From NCBI GenBank assembly GCA_964016885.1, contig OZ024747.1, positions 21,452,001 to 21,516,000 on the forward strand: a DNA stretch of 64,000 nucleotides, read 5' to 3'. Below the pieces are notes generated by a model, which made no database searches, was not told the origin of the DNA, and was given only the letters and a program-made list of their open reading frames with translations. Position 1 is the stretch's first letter. Each line of letters opens with the position of its first letter. This document shows positions 1 to 14,599 of this stretch, piece after piece. The translations under genes were made by a program, and so were the position numbers. This DNA is from Eledone cirrhosa. Taxonomy: Eukaryota.

Positions 1-113
1 TTGTTACTTCGTTCTCTTGGATGACTTAATGGTATATGCATACAGTCTGTAGCTTATAATATATGCATAAGTGTGTGTGTATATATATATATAAATATAA
101 TTCAGCGAGAATC

Positions 114-157
<44 letters not shown>

Positions 158-278
158 TATAAATATATATACATATATACACATACATATATTCACATAT
201 ATATGTGTGTTTATATGTGTATGCATGTATATATGTCTTCCTAACAGGAGAAACGGATGTTAAATGAAGATGATTTTG

Positions 279-316
<38 letters not shown>

Positions 317-320
<4 letters not shown>

Positions 321-394
321 GATAAATCTACCAAGAGTTTACGGTAGTGTCCAATCCGTATGAAGAACTCAATGTAATCCGGATATCATGGAAA
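317..394 (-). mobile_element. Isolated 3' tail of a PLE-like pseudo-LTR family (same family as 25953-26485)
   Basis: Reverse complement of 26408-26485 (GTAGATAAATCTACC...GATATCATGGAAA); abuts (TA)n. Confidence 0.7.
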
Positions 395-442
395 CATACA
401 TATATCTATATCTATATATGAGTATGTGTGTATCTGTATATG

Positions 443-492
<50 letters not shown>

Positions 493-954
493 CATATACA
501 GATACACACATACTCATATATAGATATAGATATATGTATGTTTCATATAAATGAGGTAGACACATTATCTTATTTCGAGACTAGATAGATCAGGTGACCA
601 TCCATTTTGGCATGGCTACAATAGTTCTATAGCTAGATGCACTCCCTAATGCCAATCACATCGTGTCACCAGCACTACCACTTTGCAAAGGCGCTGGCTG
701 CATTTTATCATAGCACCAACACTATTACTTTACAGACTGCACAGGGAGCGTTTTCACATGCCTCCAGCACTACCACTTACATAGTGTATGTAGTAGGTGC
801 CTTTTAATGTGGCACCAACACTAGGGCAGTCTGTGTTCTCAGCTGGGTAGGAAGAAGCAGTGATGGGACAGTGAATTGTTATGTAGCTGTCTAGTACTGA
901 GTAATGCAGAATTACTCCTAGGTATACAATATGAATGATACACTAATTCCACAG

Positions 955-3233
955 TAGACTTTTTCACGCTCAGAGTTGCTGAAGCATGGAACAAACTACC
1001 TGCAGCAGTTGTTAGCTGTCGAGACACTGCATCCTTTAAAACCTCCATGGAACAAACTACCTGCATCAGTTGTTAGCTGTTGAGACACTGCATCCTTTAA
1101 AACCTCCATGGGACAAACTACCTGCATCAGTTGTTAGCTGTCGAGACACTGCATCCTTTAAAACCTCCATGGGACAAACTACCTGCATCTGTTGTTAGCT
1201 GTTGAGACACTGCATCCTTTAAAACCTCCATGGAACAAACTACCTGTTGTTAGCTGTCGAGACACTGCATCCTTTAAAACCTCCATGGAAGAAACTACCT
1301 GCATCAGTTGTTAGCTGTCGAGACACTGCATCCTTTAAAACCTCCATGGAACAAACTACCTGCATCAGTTGTTAACTGTCGAGACACTGCATCCTTTAAA
1401 ACCTCCATGGAACAAACTACCTGCATCAGTTGTTAGCTGTCGAGACACTGCATCCTTTAAAACCTCCATGGAACAAACTACCTGCATCAGTTGTTAGCTG
1501 TCGAGACACTGCATCCTTTAAAACCTCCATGGAACAAACTACCTGCATCAGTTGTTAGCTGTCGAGACACTGCATCCTTTAAAACCTCCATGGGACAAAC
1601 TACCTGCATCAGTTGTTAGCTGTCGAGACACTGCATCCTTTAAAACCTCCATGGGACAAACTACCTGCATCAGTTGTTAGCTGTCGAGACACTGCATCCT
1701 TTAAAACCTCCATGGAACAAACTACCTGCATCAGTTGTTAACTGTCGAGACACTGCATCCTTTAAAACCTCCATGGGACAAACTACCTGCATCAGTTGTT
1801 AGCTGTCGAGACACTGCATCCTTTAAAACCTCCATGGGACAAACTACCTGCATCAGTTGTTAGCTGTCGAGACACTGCATCCTTTAAAACCTCCATGGGA
1901 CAAACTACCTGCATCAGTTGTTAGCTGTCGAGACACTGCATCCTTTAAAACCTCCATGGGACAAACTACCTGCATCTGTTGTTAGATGTTGAGACACTGC
2001 ATCCTTTAAAACCTCCATGGAACAAACTACCTGCACCAGTTGTTAGTTGTCGAGACACTGCATCCTTTAAAACCTCCATGGAACAAACTACCTGTTGTTA
2101 GCTGTCGAAACACTGCATCCTTTAAAACCTCCATGGAACAAACTACCTGTTGTTAGCTGTCGAGACACTGCATCCTTTAAAACCTCCATGGAACAAACTA
2201 CCTGCATCAGTTGTTAGCTGTCGAGACACTGCATCCTTTAAAACCTCCATGGAACAAACTACCTGCATCAGTTGTTAACTGTCGAGACACTGCATCCTTT
2301 AAAACCTCCATGGGACAAAGTACCTGCATCAGTTGTTAGCTGTCGAGACACTGCATCCTTTAAAACCTCCATGGAACAAACTACCTGCATCAGTTGTTAG
2401 CTGTCGAGACACTGCATCCTTTAAAACCTCCATGGGACAAAGTACCTGCATCAGTTGTTAGCTGTCGAGACACTGCATCCTTTAAAACCTCCATGGAACA
2501 AACTACCTGCATCAGTTGTTAACTGTCGAGACACTGCATCCTTTAAAACCTCCATGGAACAAACTACCTGCATCAGTTGTTAACTGTCGAGACACTGCAT
2601 CCTTTAAAACCTCCATGGAACAAACTACCTGCATCAGTTGTTAGCTGTCGAGACACTGCATCCTTTAAAACCTCCATGGGACAAAGTACCTGCATCAGTT
2701 GTTAGCTGTCGAGACACTGCATCCTTTAAAACCTCCATGGAACAAACTACCTGCATCAGTTGTTAACTGTCGAGACACTGCATCCTTTAAAACCTCCATG
2801 GAACAAACTACCTGCATCAGTTGTTAGCTGTTGAGACACTGCATCCTTTAAAACCTCCATGGAACAAACTACCTGCATCAGTTGTTAACTGTCGAGACAC
2901 TGCATCCTTTAAAACCTCCATGGGACAAACTACCTGCATCAGTTGTTAACTGTCGAGACACTGCATCCTTTAAAACCTCCATGGGACAAACTACCTGCAT
3001 CAGTTGTTAACTGTCGAGACACTGCATCCTTTAAAACCTCCATGCTTCCAGAGATTCGCCAACACTACACCTAATGTTCCCCCTCCATACACATACACAC
3101 ATGTATATCATGACTCATACACTATTCACTTCCCTGACATTTGTATATTATTCTATGTACTATACATGCACCTTTGACGAGTTGTAGTACACCTGAGCAC
3201 TGTACACAATAATTTCATTATTATTATTATTAC
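955..3233 (+). mobile_element. 3' end of a CR1/L2-type LINE (ORF2 C-terminus, 3'UTR, (ATT)n tail) with an internal minisatellite expansion
   Basis: With the array collapsed it reads FFTLRVAEAWNKLPAxVVSCRDTASFKTSMLPEIRQHYT*, matching the FFxxRVxxxWNxLP...FK motif of CR1/L2 ORF2 ends; (ATT)n tail at about 3218-3232. Confidence 0.8.
985..3044 (+). repeat. 61-bp minisatellite, 34 units
   Basis: Unit CATGGAACAAACTACCTGCATCAGTTGTTAGCTGTCGAGACACTGCATCCTTTAAAACCTC, head-to-tail with no spacers; three units lack 6 bp; bounded by CATG at 985 and 3041. Confidence 0.97.
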
Positions 3234-3249
3234 AGAACTTAACATCATG

Positions 3250-4100
3250 ATGACCACTACTACCACCTCCAACACACCATTACTAAAGCCAACACTGTTA
3301 CTAATCCTACTACTGTCATTTCTCCTCCTTCTCCTACTACTACTACTACTATGTCTACTACTATTACTACTACTACTATGTCTACTACTATTACTACTAC
3401 TACTATGTCTACTACTATTACTACTACTACCACTACTACTACTACCACCACAATACTACTACTACGTCTACTATTATTACTGCTGCTACTACTACTATTA
3501 TACTACTATTACTACTTCTACTACTGCTGCTGCTGTTGCTACTACTAGTACTGCTGCTCCACTGCCACCACCATCAGGAAATTACTGCCACCATCTCCAA
3601 TACCACTACCACTACCACTACCACCAACACCACCATCTCCAATACCAATACCACTACCACCAACACCACCATCTCCAATACCAATACCACCAACACCACC
3701 ATCTCCAATACCAATACCACTACCACCAACACCACCATCTCCAATACCACTACCACCAACACCCCCATCTCCAATACCACTACCACTACCACTACCACCA
3801 ACACCACCATCTCCAATACCAATACCACTACCACCAACACCCCCATCTCCAATACCAATACCACCAACACCACCATTTCCAATACCACTACCACCAACGC
3901 CACCATCTCCAATACCACTACCACTACCACCAACACCACCATCTCCAATACCACTACCACTACCACCAACACCACCATCTCCAATACCACTACCACTACC
4001 ACCAACACCACCATCTCCAATACCACTACCACTACCACCAACACCACCATCTCCAATACCACTACCACTACCACCAACACCACCATCAGGAAATTACATA
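3250..4100. repeat. (CTA)n / ACC-rich compound micro/minisatellite
   Basis: Degenerate CACCATCTCCAATACCACTAC units, flanked by a duplicated CACCATCAGGAAATTAC at about 3570 and 4081. Confidence 0.9.
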
Positions 4101-4524
4101 ATATAGTCCAGGTTACAATATGTCTGAAAGATAAATTTGATGGTCACTGATGGAACATCTTTGACCATTGATCTGCTTAGTGAGAGCCAACGTAATGCTA
4201 AATAACAACAACAACAACAACAACAACCAGAACTAACCTTCTTGAAAAGATACACCATAATAATGTCCTTCCATTATTCTGAATTAGTGATATCTCTAAA
4301 CACATAGATACATTATAGTGCTGTCTCTGTAGTGATACTATATTACTGTAGTGTTGTTTCATTGTTTAAATGTTAAGTTATACAGCACATCAATAAACAA
4401 GATCATACACACACAAACTGACATATACACACAACCCAGCTACTTCAAATGTTCAGACAGACATATATGCTGTTGTGATATTTATATGTACATACGTACA
4501 TACATATGCACATACATACATACA

Positions 4525-4742
4525 TGGTGGCTGCCAACTCGTTTTCGAGTACGGCCACTACTTTAAATCCATGTAGGAGAACCCCTACCGATGCGCTGAA
4601 CGAGTGTCACTTTTTAGTCCAGCCAGCGACTTGAAAACTCTGGTACAAGCACTACACTTGTGACAACTATTGACACATAGTGCTGGGCCCATGGTACCAT
4701 GTGACGACAAGTGCAGAGAGATCTTCAGATATAAAGCAATGC
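4525..4742 (-). mobile_element. 3' fragment of an RTE/BovB-like LINE (C-terminal Cys/His motif and 3'UTR) in (CATA)n
   Basis: Minus strand encodes [26 protein letters not shown]. Homologous copies at 15105-15423(+) and 53598-53858(-); degenerate copies at about 31125-31300 and 53365-53570. Confidence 0.65.
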
Positions 4743-5683
4743 ATACATACATACATATATATATACATACATATGCACATACATACATATATACATACAT
4801 ATGCACATACATACATACATACATATGCACATACATATATACACATATACATACATACATACACAGATGCATACATACACACACATACATACGCACATAC
4901 ATACATACATACATACGCAGACATATATACATACACAGACATGAATTCATATACATGAATACATATATACACACATGCATACATACACACACATACATAC
5001 ATACGCACACATATACATACATACATACATACATACATACACACATACATACATACATACATACATACGTACATACATTCATACATACATACGCAGACAT
5101 ATATACATACACAGACATGAATTCATATACATGAATACATATATACACACATGCATACATACACACACCTACATACATACGCACACACATACGCACACAC
5201 ATACATACATACATACATACATACATACATACATACATACATACATACATACATACATACATACATACATACATACATACGCAGACATATATACATACAC
5301 AGACATGAATTCATATACATGAATACATATATACATTCATAGATACAAATACATTCATACATATACATACATAAATACATACATACATACTCATAGTCAG
5401 AAACACATGCACACATGTGCATGCACACACACATACAGATGCAACCAAATTCAAAGGCATATGCAAATTCATAGACAACCATACAGCCATTTTAACATCA
5501 CACATACAGAGACATACAATAGTTATACACACACACATACACACACATATATGTATATACATGCACATGCATACACACACACTCAAACACACAAATTCAA
5601 AGGCATGTGCAAACCGAAAGAGAAATATACATGCACTATCACACAAGCAGAGACAGACAGACACACACACATATACACACACA

Positions 5684-5733
<50 letters not shown>

Positions 5734-5735
5734 AA
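4740..5735. repeat. (CATA)n/(CA)n compound satellite with higher-order repeats
   Basis: Three recurrences of GCAGACATATATACATACACAGACATGAATTCATATACATGAATAC at about 4917, 5093 and 5281. Confidence 0.9.
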
Positions 5736-5954
5736 ATTATGTATATGTATAATATGCACACTGACACATTACACTTTGGCCCATACTCACATAGGAGTGA
5801 TTAAAACAATCATAACACTAACAAAGTAGCTCGTTAGTCAACAAGTGCAAACTAGAAATGCATCGGTAATTTACTAAGTCAGATGGAACTTTATTGCTAT
5901 TAGTATAGCGAGACTGGGAATGGAGAAAGGTAAATTGTAGAACATTGTACTAGT

Positions 5955-6280
5955 TCTAGTGGTACTCTGTCAGTACGATGACAAGTATTCCTGTTGATAG
6001 GATCAACAGAACAGCCTGCCCATGAAATTAACATACAAGTGGCTGAGCATTCCACAAACATGTGAAGCTTTTACATAGTTCTCAGGGAGATTCAGTGTGA
6101 CACAGAATCTGACAAGGAGCCCTTTGAATTACATGTACAACTCATTTTTGCCAGCTGAGTGGACTGGAGTAATGTGAAATAAAGTGTTTTGCTCAAGGAC
6201 ACAGTGTGTCGCCAGGAATCGAACTCACAACCTTACAATCATGAGTCGAATACCCTACCCTAACCACAAAGCCACACAGG
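5955..6280 (-). mobile_element. Old tRNA-derived SINE
   Basis: Minus strand has a tRNA-like head (GTGAGTTCGATTCC B-box) followed by the GTGTCCTTGAGCAAAACACTTTATTTCAC core shared with other SINEs here. Confidence 0.7.
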
Positions 6281-6940
6281 TTCACACACATTGTACTAAA
6301 CACATCATAATATGTAGTTTTAACTCTAAACATTTCGAGTTCAAATTCAGCTAGAATCAACTCTACATCTATTAGATTGCATTAAGAATTTTTGTCAAAG
6401 ACATAAATTTCAAACCCTGAAATTTTCTCTCTTGCTATTTTTAAGGATTGTGTTGGCTATTTACATAATAAATCTACACTCTGTAAAATAGTTGGTGATT
6501 AGATGGACATCCAAGCATAGAAAACCTGCTAAATAAAGTGTCAGAACTCTTTGGATGTGTCAAAGATTTGACAACTTCTTTAGTGTTGTTAATCTACATG
6601 ATGAAAGCACCAATACACTTTAAAAGTGGCTGGTGACAGGAATTCCACCTAGCAGACAAAGTGTCAGGAAAAACTAAAATCAGCTATGTCAAAGACATGA
6701 CAATCTCCCTAGTACTGGTGTCATGATAAAATGCACCCAGTAGAGCGCAGGGTCATATGTAAATGAGATGTGGGCTGCTGGCTCATCTGAGCACTCAGTA
6801 CAGTAGAGAGATGTATATTAACAAGATGTAGGCCCCCAGCCCAACCAAGAGGTCAACAGCTCCACTTCCGTACTGACTCAGTCAGTTGATGACCCATACA
6901 ACTTTTGTTAGCAGGGAATATGGATGTTAAGGGATGATGG

Positions 6941-6975
<35 letters not shown>

Positions 6976-8296
6976 TGTCTACATAAGAATGACCATCATA
7001 TTCTAAACAGGAAGAGGTTAAGGTGACATATGTAAATCTTCATACCACATAAAAATTCAATATTGGCATGACCAAAACATGCACGTGTGTGTGTGTGTGT
7101 GTGTGTATCTATATGTACAATGTTAGAATATGTGTATGCTTGCATATGCCTTCCTCTTCATTCTGAAAAATGGAACTGTTGAATACAATGAAACTTTCTA
7201 ATTATATCTCTTCATTGAAACAAAATGCCTCAAGTTATAACATCAGCTGAAATGTGAAAGCTTTATAAAAATGACAGATATATATATATGACCTATGCAG
7301 AGTGGAGAATGTACTGATTCTAAAACAAATTCACTACAACAAAAACTATATTCAAATGCTAAATCTCAGGATTTATATAAGGCAAGGAGACTGATAAATT
7401 TATTTGTTAGAGCTGGGCACATTCACATTGAATATCTTACTATGTGCACATGTAATGGTGGGGTGTTTGTAGAAGTATGCAAATGACTGAGTATGCAAAT
7501 ATTCCTACTTAACATATTTACATTTCTAATTAATCTACTATCAATTATCATCATTATCATCAATACTATTTAACATCTATTTTCCATTTCTTGCGTGGGT
7601 TAAACATACTGATGCTAGTCAGATCAGGTCACTACATGCTGCTCAAATGCTTCATTTATGGCTTGGTTTCTATGGCTAGATGGGCTTCCTAATACCAACC
7701 ATTACACAGCATGTACCGGGAACCTTTTTATCATGTCTCCAACACTTCTACCTTACAGGGTGGACTGGGTGCTTTTTGTTATATCATTAACTCAACTGGT
7801 TTACAGTGCAGACCAAGAGCTTTTCATTGTGGCACCAACACTACCACTTTACAGGTTGAGACGGGTGCTTTTTATCTTGACACCAGCAATAACATACTTT
7901 TTTCGATATTTTCATTTTGCTTCGTTAATGAGCCCTTTAACTTTTGTTGTGCTCTGAACTGCAATTACACTTTTTTTTTTTCTTATTGATAACATATTCT
8001 CTCAATAATTCCACTAAATTTTATTATAGGTTTTCATACATGTCAGAATTTATATAATGACATAACCCTTATATTTCTCCATTGGTTACCTCCCTTTGAT
8101 TATATTTTTCTGATTTTTAACTGACTATAACTGCATTTTTCCCAGAATGCTTTTAATGTCCCAAACGGAAGTCAATAGACATTCCTCTCTCTGCTTAACA
8201 ATACAGAAAACTCCATTAGTTTTGGTTTCAAGACCATCGATTGATATATGTATTAACAGGTTTTTATAAGCACACACACACAATATATATATGTGT

Positions 8297-8342
<46 letters not shown>

Positions 8343-8379
8343 ATAAGAGTGTTGTACTTTGTTTGAAGCATTGTGTAAT

Positions 8380-8720
8380 ATATAGGCAAATGTTTTTTAT
8401 AGGAGGCTACAGCAATGTATATTGAACGAACATTAAATATAAAAATAACAATAGCAGGTATATTGAAATGTTACCGTAGAAATATTTATTTCGGGTAAAA
8501 TACCACTTTTCAAAGGTATTAAGAGAACACGAAAGAGATATTATTGTGGTGTATCCATTAAGGTGACAGGCTGTACTGTGTAAGGGGGTATTTTACCTGA
8601 AATATATCAGGAACAATTAAATATTTCTAATGTAATATTTCAATATCTTTGTTGTTATTTTTTATAGTTAATGTTCAACCGGCAATGCCATAGCCCACTA
8701 TATAAGAAATTGTTTTATAT
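8380..8720. repeat. Old degenerate inverted repeat
   Basis: About 8380-8505 pairs imperfectly with about 8588-8720 (e.g. TTTCGGGTAAAATACC / GGTATTTTACCTGAAA). Confidence 0.6.
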
Positions 8721-8804
8721 ATATATATATATATATATGCATGTGTGTGCAGATGCGTTTGTATATGTGTGTGTATACACACATATATACTTATATCATA
8801 TCCT

Positions 8805-8837
<33 letters not shown>

Positions 8838-8838
<1 letters not shown>

Positions 8839-9127
8839 AAAGTGTGTGGGTTAGCAGTTAGAGCATTGGATTCACAATCATGAAGTTGTGAGTTCAATAC
8901 CCAGACCAGTGTGTTGTGTTGTGTTCTTGTATCTCACATTGCTCCAGTTGACACATCTGTAGAAATGAGTTGTGACATCAATGGTGCCAAGTTGTATTGA
9001 GCAACATCGGTTGTTTGGAGAGGGGATACTGGTATACTTGGGCAACTGCTAAAAACACCTTGCTCCAGCCTGTGTCTCAGAGGGACATTTCTCGGTGCAA
9101 GACCCAAGGTCATTCATGTCGGAAGGG

Positions 9128-9132
<5 letters not shown>
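8838..9132 (+). mobile_element. tRNA-derived SINE
   Basis: A-box-like GGTTAGCAGTTAGAGCA, B-box GAGTTCAATACC, CACATTGCTCCAGT core; ends in (TA)n. Confidence 0.7.
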
Positions 9133-9170
<38 letters not shown>

Positions 9171-9245
9171 ATATAGAAAAGCTTCTACAGGACTAGAACT
9201 GTTTCATTCGGGAGAAATCATCATATATATATATATATATATATA

Positions 9246-9430
9246 TAGATGAGATTCTACAGGACTAGAACTGTTTCATTCTTCAGAAATCATCAGATTC
9301 CTGATGATTTCTGAAGAATGAAACAGTTCTAGTCCTGTAGAATCTCATCTATATTAAAACCTTTATACTCTGCTATGTATTGAGTACCTTACTTACTGTG
9401 GTTACCTCTGATTCAACCCGGAATAACGTA
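9246..9430 (+). mobile_element. PLE-like pseudo-LTR fold-back insertion in (TA)n
   Basis: Arms at about 9246-9296 / 9301-9351 plus about 80-nt unpaired tail. An extra antisense fragment lies at 9165-9222. Family copies at 14379-14482, 17037-17205 and 25197-25345. Confidence 0.75.
9295..9345 (+). ncRNA. Type-I hammerhead ribozyme (GUA site)
   Basis: AGATTC-CTGATGA-tTTCtgaaGAAt-GAAA-CAG ttctagtc CTG-TA-GAATCT: stem I 6 bp, intact core, stem III ACAG/CTGT; predicted cut after 9339. Confidence 0.8.
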
Positions 9431-11459
9431 TATATATATATATATATATATATGTATGGGAGGGGGGGGGGTACTATAAGAATATGAGAGAACCGTTTCA
9501 AATAAGTACTCAATACAAAAATAGTAGAGAATTTACATTTATTTAACATGATTTATCCCTATAAAAAGGTCACCTTGTTTCACTCAGTAAAGAGCTGTTT
9601 ACAGTGAGCACCTTTTTATTGAGTGAAACAATCTGATTTTTTTGTATGCTTGGACTCTATAGTGACACACTTTAAATCTGAATACAGCTAATTTCTTCCA
9701 GAGAAGGCGTGAGAGAGAGAGAGTGAGAGGAAGTGAGAAAGAGACATAGACAATGAATCAACCCCAGTACTGGATTGTTACTTCTTTTATCAACCTTGAA
9801 ATAATGAAAAAGAAAGTTTACTTCTTTATGATTTGAACTCAGAAAGCTGGAACAAACACTGCAAAGCTTTCTACCCAACATTCTAACAACTCTGCGAAAA
9901 TGCTGTCTCACAACAAAAATTCAGAAAAACTTAATATTAACATAATGGTTTATATTTAATCTACAAGTTTCTAAATCACCTAATGTGACACACTCATTAC
10001 TCACTCATTGGAGCTAGCTTTCAGGTTGACTCAGCTATCTATTAAACATTCATGAAAATATTCTGATAGATGTTTGACACTGTAAAATCACTTCACACTA
10101 TATAATTTCAACTGAACTTAGTTTTGTGACAATACTTGGAGATAAATTTGGATATTTTATATATATAACATTGATTAATTGGTGGAGAGGATAAAGTATT
10201 TATCATCATTGCAGAAATTTGAGCAAAAGGTTATATTTGTTTCTCAAGAGCAATAAAAGCCATCTAATGTTAAAGTTGGCAATGTGGCAACCTTATATTT
10301 ATATGTTATAGTTTTTACAAGTGAAAGGAAGAGAAAGTATTCAATGCATTTGAACTTGTACTCAGCAGTCAACTGTTGTGCCTATCTGGCATAAAATATG
10401 GTGTGGGAACTTCTGAATATTATAGGCTGACTTCATCACTTTGAGAATTTCATTCAGTGTACATGTTTGTCCGAAAACCAAAGTACAAGATAAAAGCACT
10501 TCTTTCAACTATTCCATTTACTAAGCTTATATCTATGAGAAATTCTAAACTGGTAGTCATTAATTCTTTTGTATATATTGGAATCATGTTTCTCTTTGGA
10601 TGATGATCTTGGTAAAGAGATTTCTCTCATAATACAAACAACATTAGTTTGCTTTGATGTGCCTGAGGGTAAGTAGGCTTTAGTCTGAATATAGCAGTTG
10701 GTTACAGATAAAGATAGTAATTTATCAATTTTGTGTGTTAATATCTCTGCCTTATAGGCATGAACAATGAACACTGTCTTGGAACAAGTATTACAGAAAA
10801 GAAATTTCCTGGCAAACACATCAGACATTGATCTTCTTTTGTAAGTTTTCACTTAAGGATGAAACAGGATGAACAATTTACAATTATGAAATAAATATAC
10901 TAAAATAGAATAAGAGAAAGTCTCTAAGCCTTTGGATATACTCCAAGGATGCTTTGAAATACTAAATGAAGGATTGATCCAAAGAAAATTTCTCTACATT
11001 AAAAATATCCATATCTCTTTCAAATTATACCTTACTTTCTTAAAAAGTAGTAACATAGATAATATAGAACAAGATATATTGCATCTGAAAAATATATCTA
11101 AATGGTCATATTAGGATCACCTTTGATCATAGGGTTGGGTTTCCCTGGGCTTTAGAATTAAATAAAATAACCATGTAGAAATTACAGCCAAATCCCCACA
11201 AATTACACATTCCTGTCTTAAAAACAAGGACACATTAAATAATGAAGCCATAAAAAAAAAGATGCTTATAAGTAAAATATCTTTCATCATATGTCTCGTG
11301 ATTGAAACAACAACAACAACAACAATAATAACAACCAGTGAAGGAGTTGGAGCAATTTACTTAGAATAATAAAAGAACCAAGGAATAAATATCTCTGGAC
11401 CTAAAGTTTAGTTCAGCATGGTTGTTTCAAAAGTGCTTGAAATCACACTTAAATAGCAA

Positions 11460-11607
11460 CATGTTTTGTTGTTGATGCTATTGTTGCTGTTGTTGATGGT
11501 TCTAGTTATTATTGTTGGTGTTGTTGTTGTTGATGGTGGTGTTATGGTTGCTGATGTTGGTGGTGGTGGTGTTATGGTTGTTGTTGTCGGTGACGGTGGT
11601 ATTATGG

Positions 11608-11639
<32 letters not shown>

Positions 11640-11780
11640 GTTATGGTTGTTGTTGTCAGTGATGGTGGTATTATGGTTGTTGTTGGTGGTGTTTTGGTTG
11701 TTGTTGGTGGTGGTGGTGTTTTGGTTGTTGTTGTTGTTGGTGATGTTCTGGTTGTTGACGTTGTTGTTGTTGTTGTTAGC
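11460..11780. repeat. (GTT/GGT)n compound trinucleotide repeat
   Basis: Low-complexity tract; source of the V/T/P-rich spurious ORFs. Confidence 0.9.
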
Positions 11781-12499
11781 TCTAGGTTAGTCCAGGCATA
11801 ACAAACAAGCTTATAGCCACAGGGTTTTCCAACCATGACTATATTCTTTTTTCCTTTTGAATAACATATTGTCAGACACTGGGTAAAGAAACACTTAGGG
11901 ATTCCAGTGGAAGCAATTAAGCAAGACCAAGAACACCGTAGGCAGAGATGGTTAGAGCTGATCTCAAAATGCTACTTTCACCAATACCACTAACACTATC
12001 ATCACCACCACTGCAACCTACACTAACACCACTACTATCACCATTACTGTCACAACTAACAACATCCCAACTATTACCATCCCTCCATCATCACATGTTA
12101 TGTTATCAACAAGTCAAGACTTGTTACCTTAAACTTCTCATCTAAAGCCATCAATGTCAACATGAAAACTTGTAAGGGGGTGATGGTGGTGGTGATGGTG
12201 GCGGTGATGGAGGTGGTGGTGGTGGTCATGGTACCCCCCCCCCCCATCCGTAGTCTTTGTCCTGGGGTTGGGTGGAATTATGGTGGCAATGGCAATAGTG
12301 AGGAAAGTAGTAGTGATTATAGCCATGGTGGTAGTGGTGGTAGTGGTGGTAGTGGTGGTAGTGGTGGTAGTGGTGGTAGTGGTGGTAGCTGTAATAGAAG
12401 TGATGATAATGTAAAGAGTATTGAAGGTGTTGTTGTTAGTGGTGGTGGGGGGAGGGGGGGGAGATCATGGTGATAGTAATATTGGCTGTAGTGATGATG

Positions 12500-13612
12500 G
12501 TTCTGAGTGAGAAAGAGAAAGAGAAAGGGAGTGTGTGTGAGAGAGAGGGGGAAGTATAAGAGAGGGAGTGAGAGAGAGAGAAAGAGGGAGTGAGAGAGAG
12601 AGAAGGAGTGTGAGGGGGGGAATGTGAGAGAGGGAGTGAGATGGAGAAAAATATTGAGTGTGTGAGGAAGAGAGAGTGGGTGAGTGTGAGAGAGAGGGAG
12701 AGAGAGGGAGAACGAGAGTGAGAGAAGGTGGGATTAGGAGAGACAGGGTGAGTGAGTGAGTGAGTGAGAGAGAGAGAGGGAAAGAGGGTGAGTGTGAGAG
12801 AGAGAGAGGGGGAGAATGAGAGAGAAAAGGAGAGTGAGAGAGAGAGAGAAATTGAGAGAGAGGAAGAGATTAAGAAAGAGGAAGAGTGAGACAGAGAGGG
12901 AGTGTGAGAGAGGAAGCATCAGAGAGAGAGGGAGTGTGAGAGAGAGGAAGCATCAGAGAGAGAGGGAGTGTGAGAGAGAGGAAGCATCAGAGAGAGAGGG
13001 AATGTGAGAGAGAGGAAGCATCAGAGAGAGAGGGAGTGTGAGAGAGAGGAAGCATCAGAGAGAGAGGGAGTGTGAGAGAGAGGAAGCATCAGAGAGAGAG
13101 GGAGTGTGAGAGAGAGGGAGTGTGAGAGAGAGGAAGCATCAGAGAGAGAGGGAGTGTGAGAGAGAGGAAGCATCAGAGAGAGAGGGAATGTGAGAGAGAG
13201 GAAGCATCAGAGAGAGAGGGAGTGTGAGTGAGAGGAAGCATCAGAGAGAGAGGAAGCATCAGAGAGAGAGGGAGTGTGAGAGAGAGGAAGCATCAGAGAG
13301 AGAGGAAGCATCAGAGAGAGAGGAAGTGTGAGAGAGAGGAAGCATCAGAGAGAGAGGAAGTGTGAGAGAGAGGAAGCATCAGAGAGAGAGGGAGTGTGAG
13401 AGAGAGGAAGCATCAGAGAGAGAGAGGGAGTGTGAGAGAGAGAAAGCATCAGAGAGAGAGGGGGAGTGTGAGAGAGAGGAAGCATCAGAGAGAGAGAGGG
13501 AGTGTGAGAGAGAGAAAGCATCAGAGAGAGAGGGGGAGTGTGAGAGAGAGGAAGCATCAGAGAGAGGGAGTGTGAGAGAGAGGAAGCATGAGAGAGAGAG
13601 GGAGTGTGAGAA
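12500..13612. repeat. Polypurine (GA)n tract with about 34-bp minisatellite
   Basis: GAGAGAGGAAGCATCAGAGAGAGAGGGAGTGT units from about 12895 to 13610. Confidence 0.92.
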
Positions 13613-13814
13613 AGACTATTCTTCAATCTACTACAATGCTCTACACCATTACACCAGTCCTACCCCAACAAACCAACACACAAATTGTCATTAGTGTTCA
13701 TAATTGGTTTCGCCAGTCTTACTGGAAATGGTATTATAGTAATTCCGGAAGGCATATTAAATCATGGATTTGGGTTTCTTTGACTACAACATTGTTTACA
13801 CCATAACCAATCTT

Positions 13815-14382
<568 letters not shown>

Positions 14383-14420
14383 TCCTGGGTTCAATTGGGG
14401 GTAAAATCATCAGGAAAGCC

Positions 14421-14466
14421 CTGATGATTTCCTTTGAATGAAACGGTTTTAGTCCTGTAGAAGCCA
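14421..14466 (+). ncRNA. Hammerhead core with 5' stem I lost at a fold-back junction
   Basis: CTGATGA-tttcctttgaat-GAAA-CGG ttttagtc CTG-TA-GAAGCC; preceded by a short inverted copy AATCATCAGG. Confidence 0.6.
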
Positions 14467-14481
14467 TTTCTATATTTAAAT

Positions 14482-14517
<36 letters not shown>

Positions 14518-14520
14518 TAA

Positions 14521-14599
<79 letters not shown>

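Noticed and set aside
985-3044. CRISPR-like array
   Set aside because: Units are contiguous with no unique spacers, derive from a LINE ORF, and there are no cas genes; the context is eukaryotic.
3247-4150. Signal-peptide-like Leu-rich or mucin-like Thr/His-rich ORFs
   Set aside because: All frames on both strands are open because of trinucleotide repeats; there is no complex domain or splice evidence.
9510-9660. Additional hammerhead candidates (also about 45060-45080)
   Set aside because: Only a GAAA/stem III half or a short inverted repeat is visible, with no complete core.
10505-10852. 115-aa complex ORF, possible host exon (also a GTAAGT on + at 10841)
   Set aside because: No recognisable motif or consistent exon chain; RNA-seq or homology would be needed.
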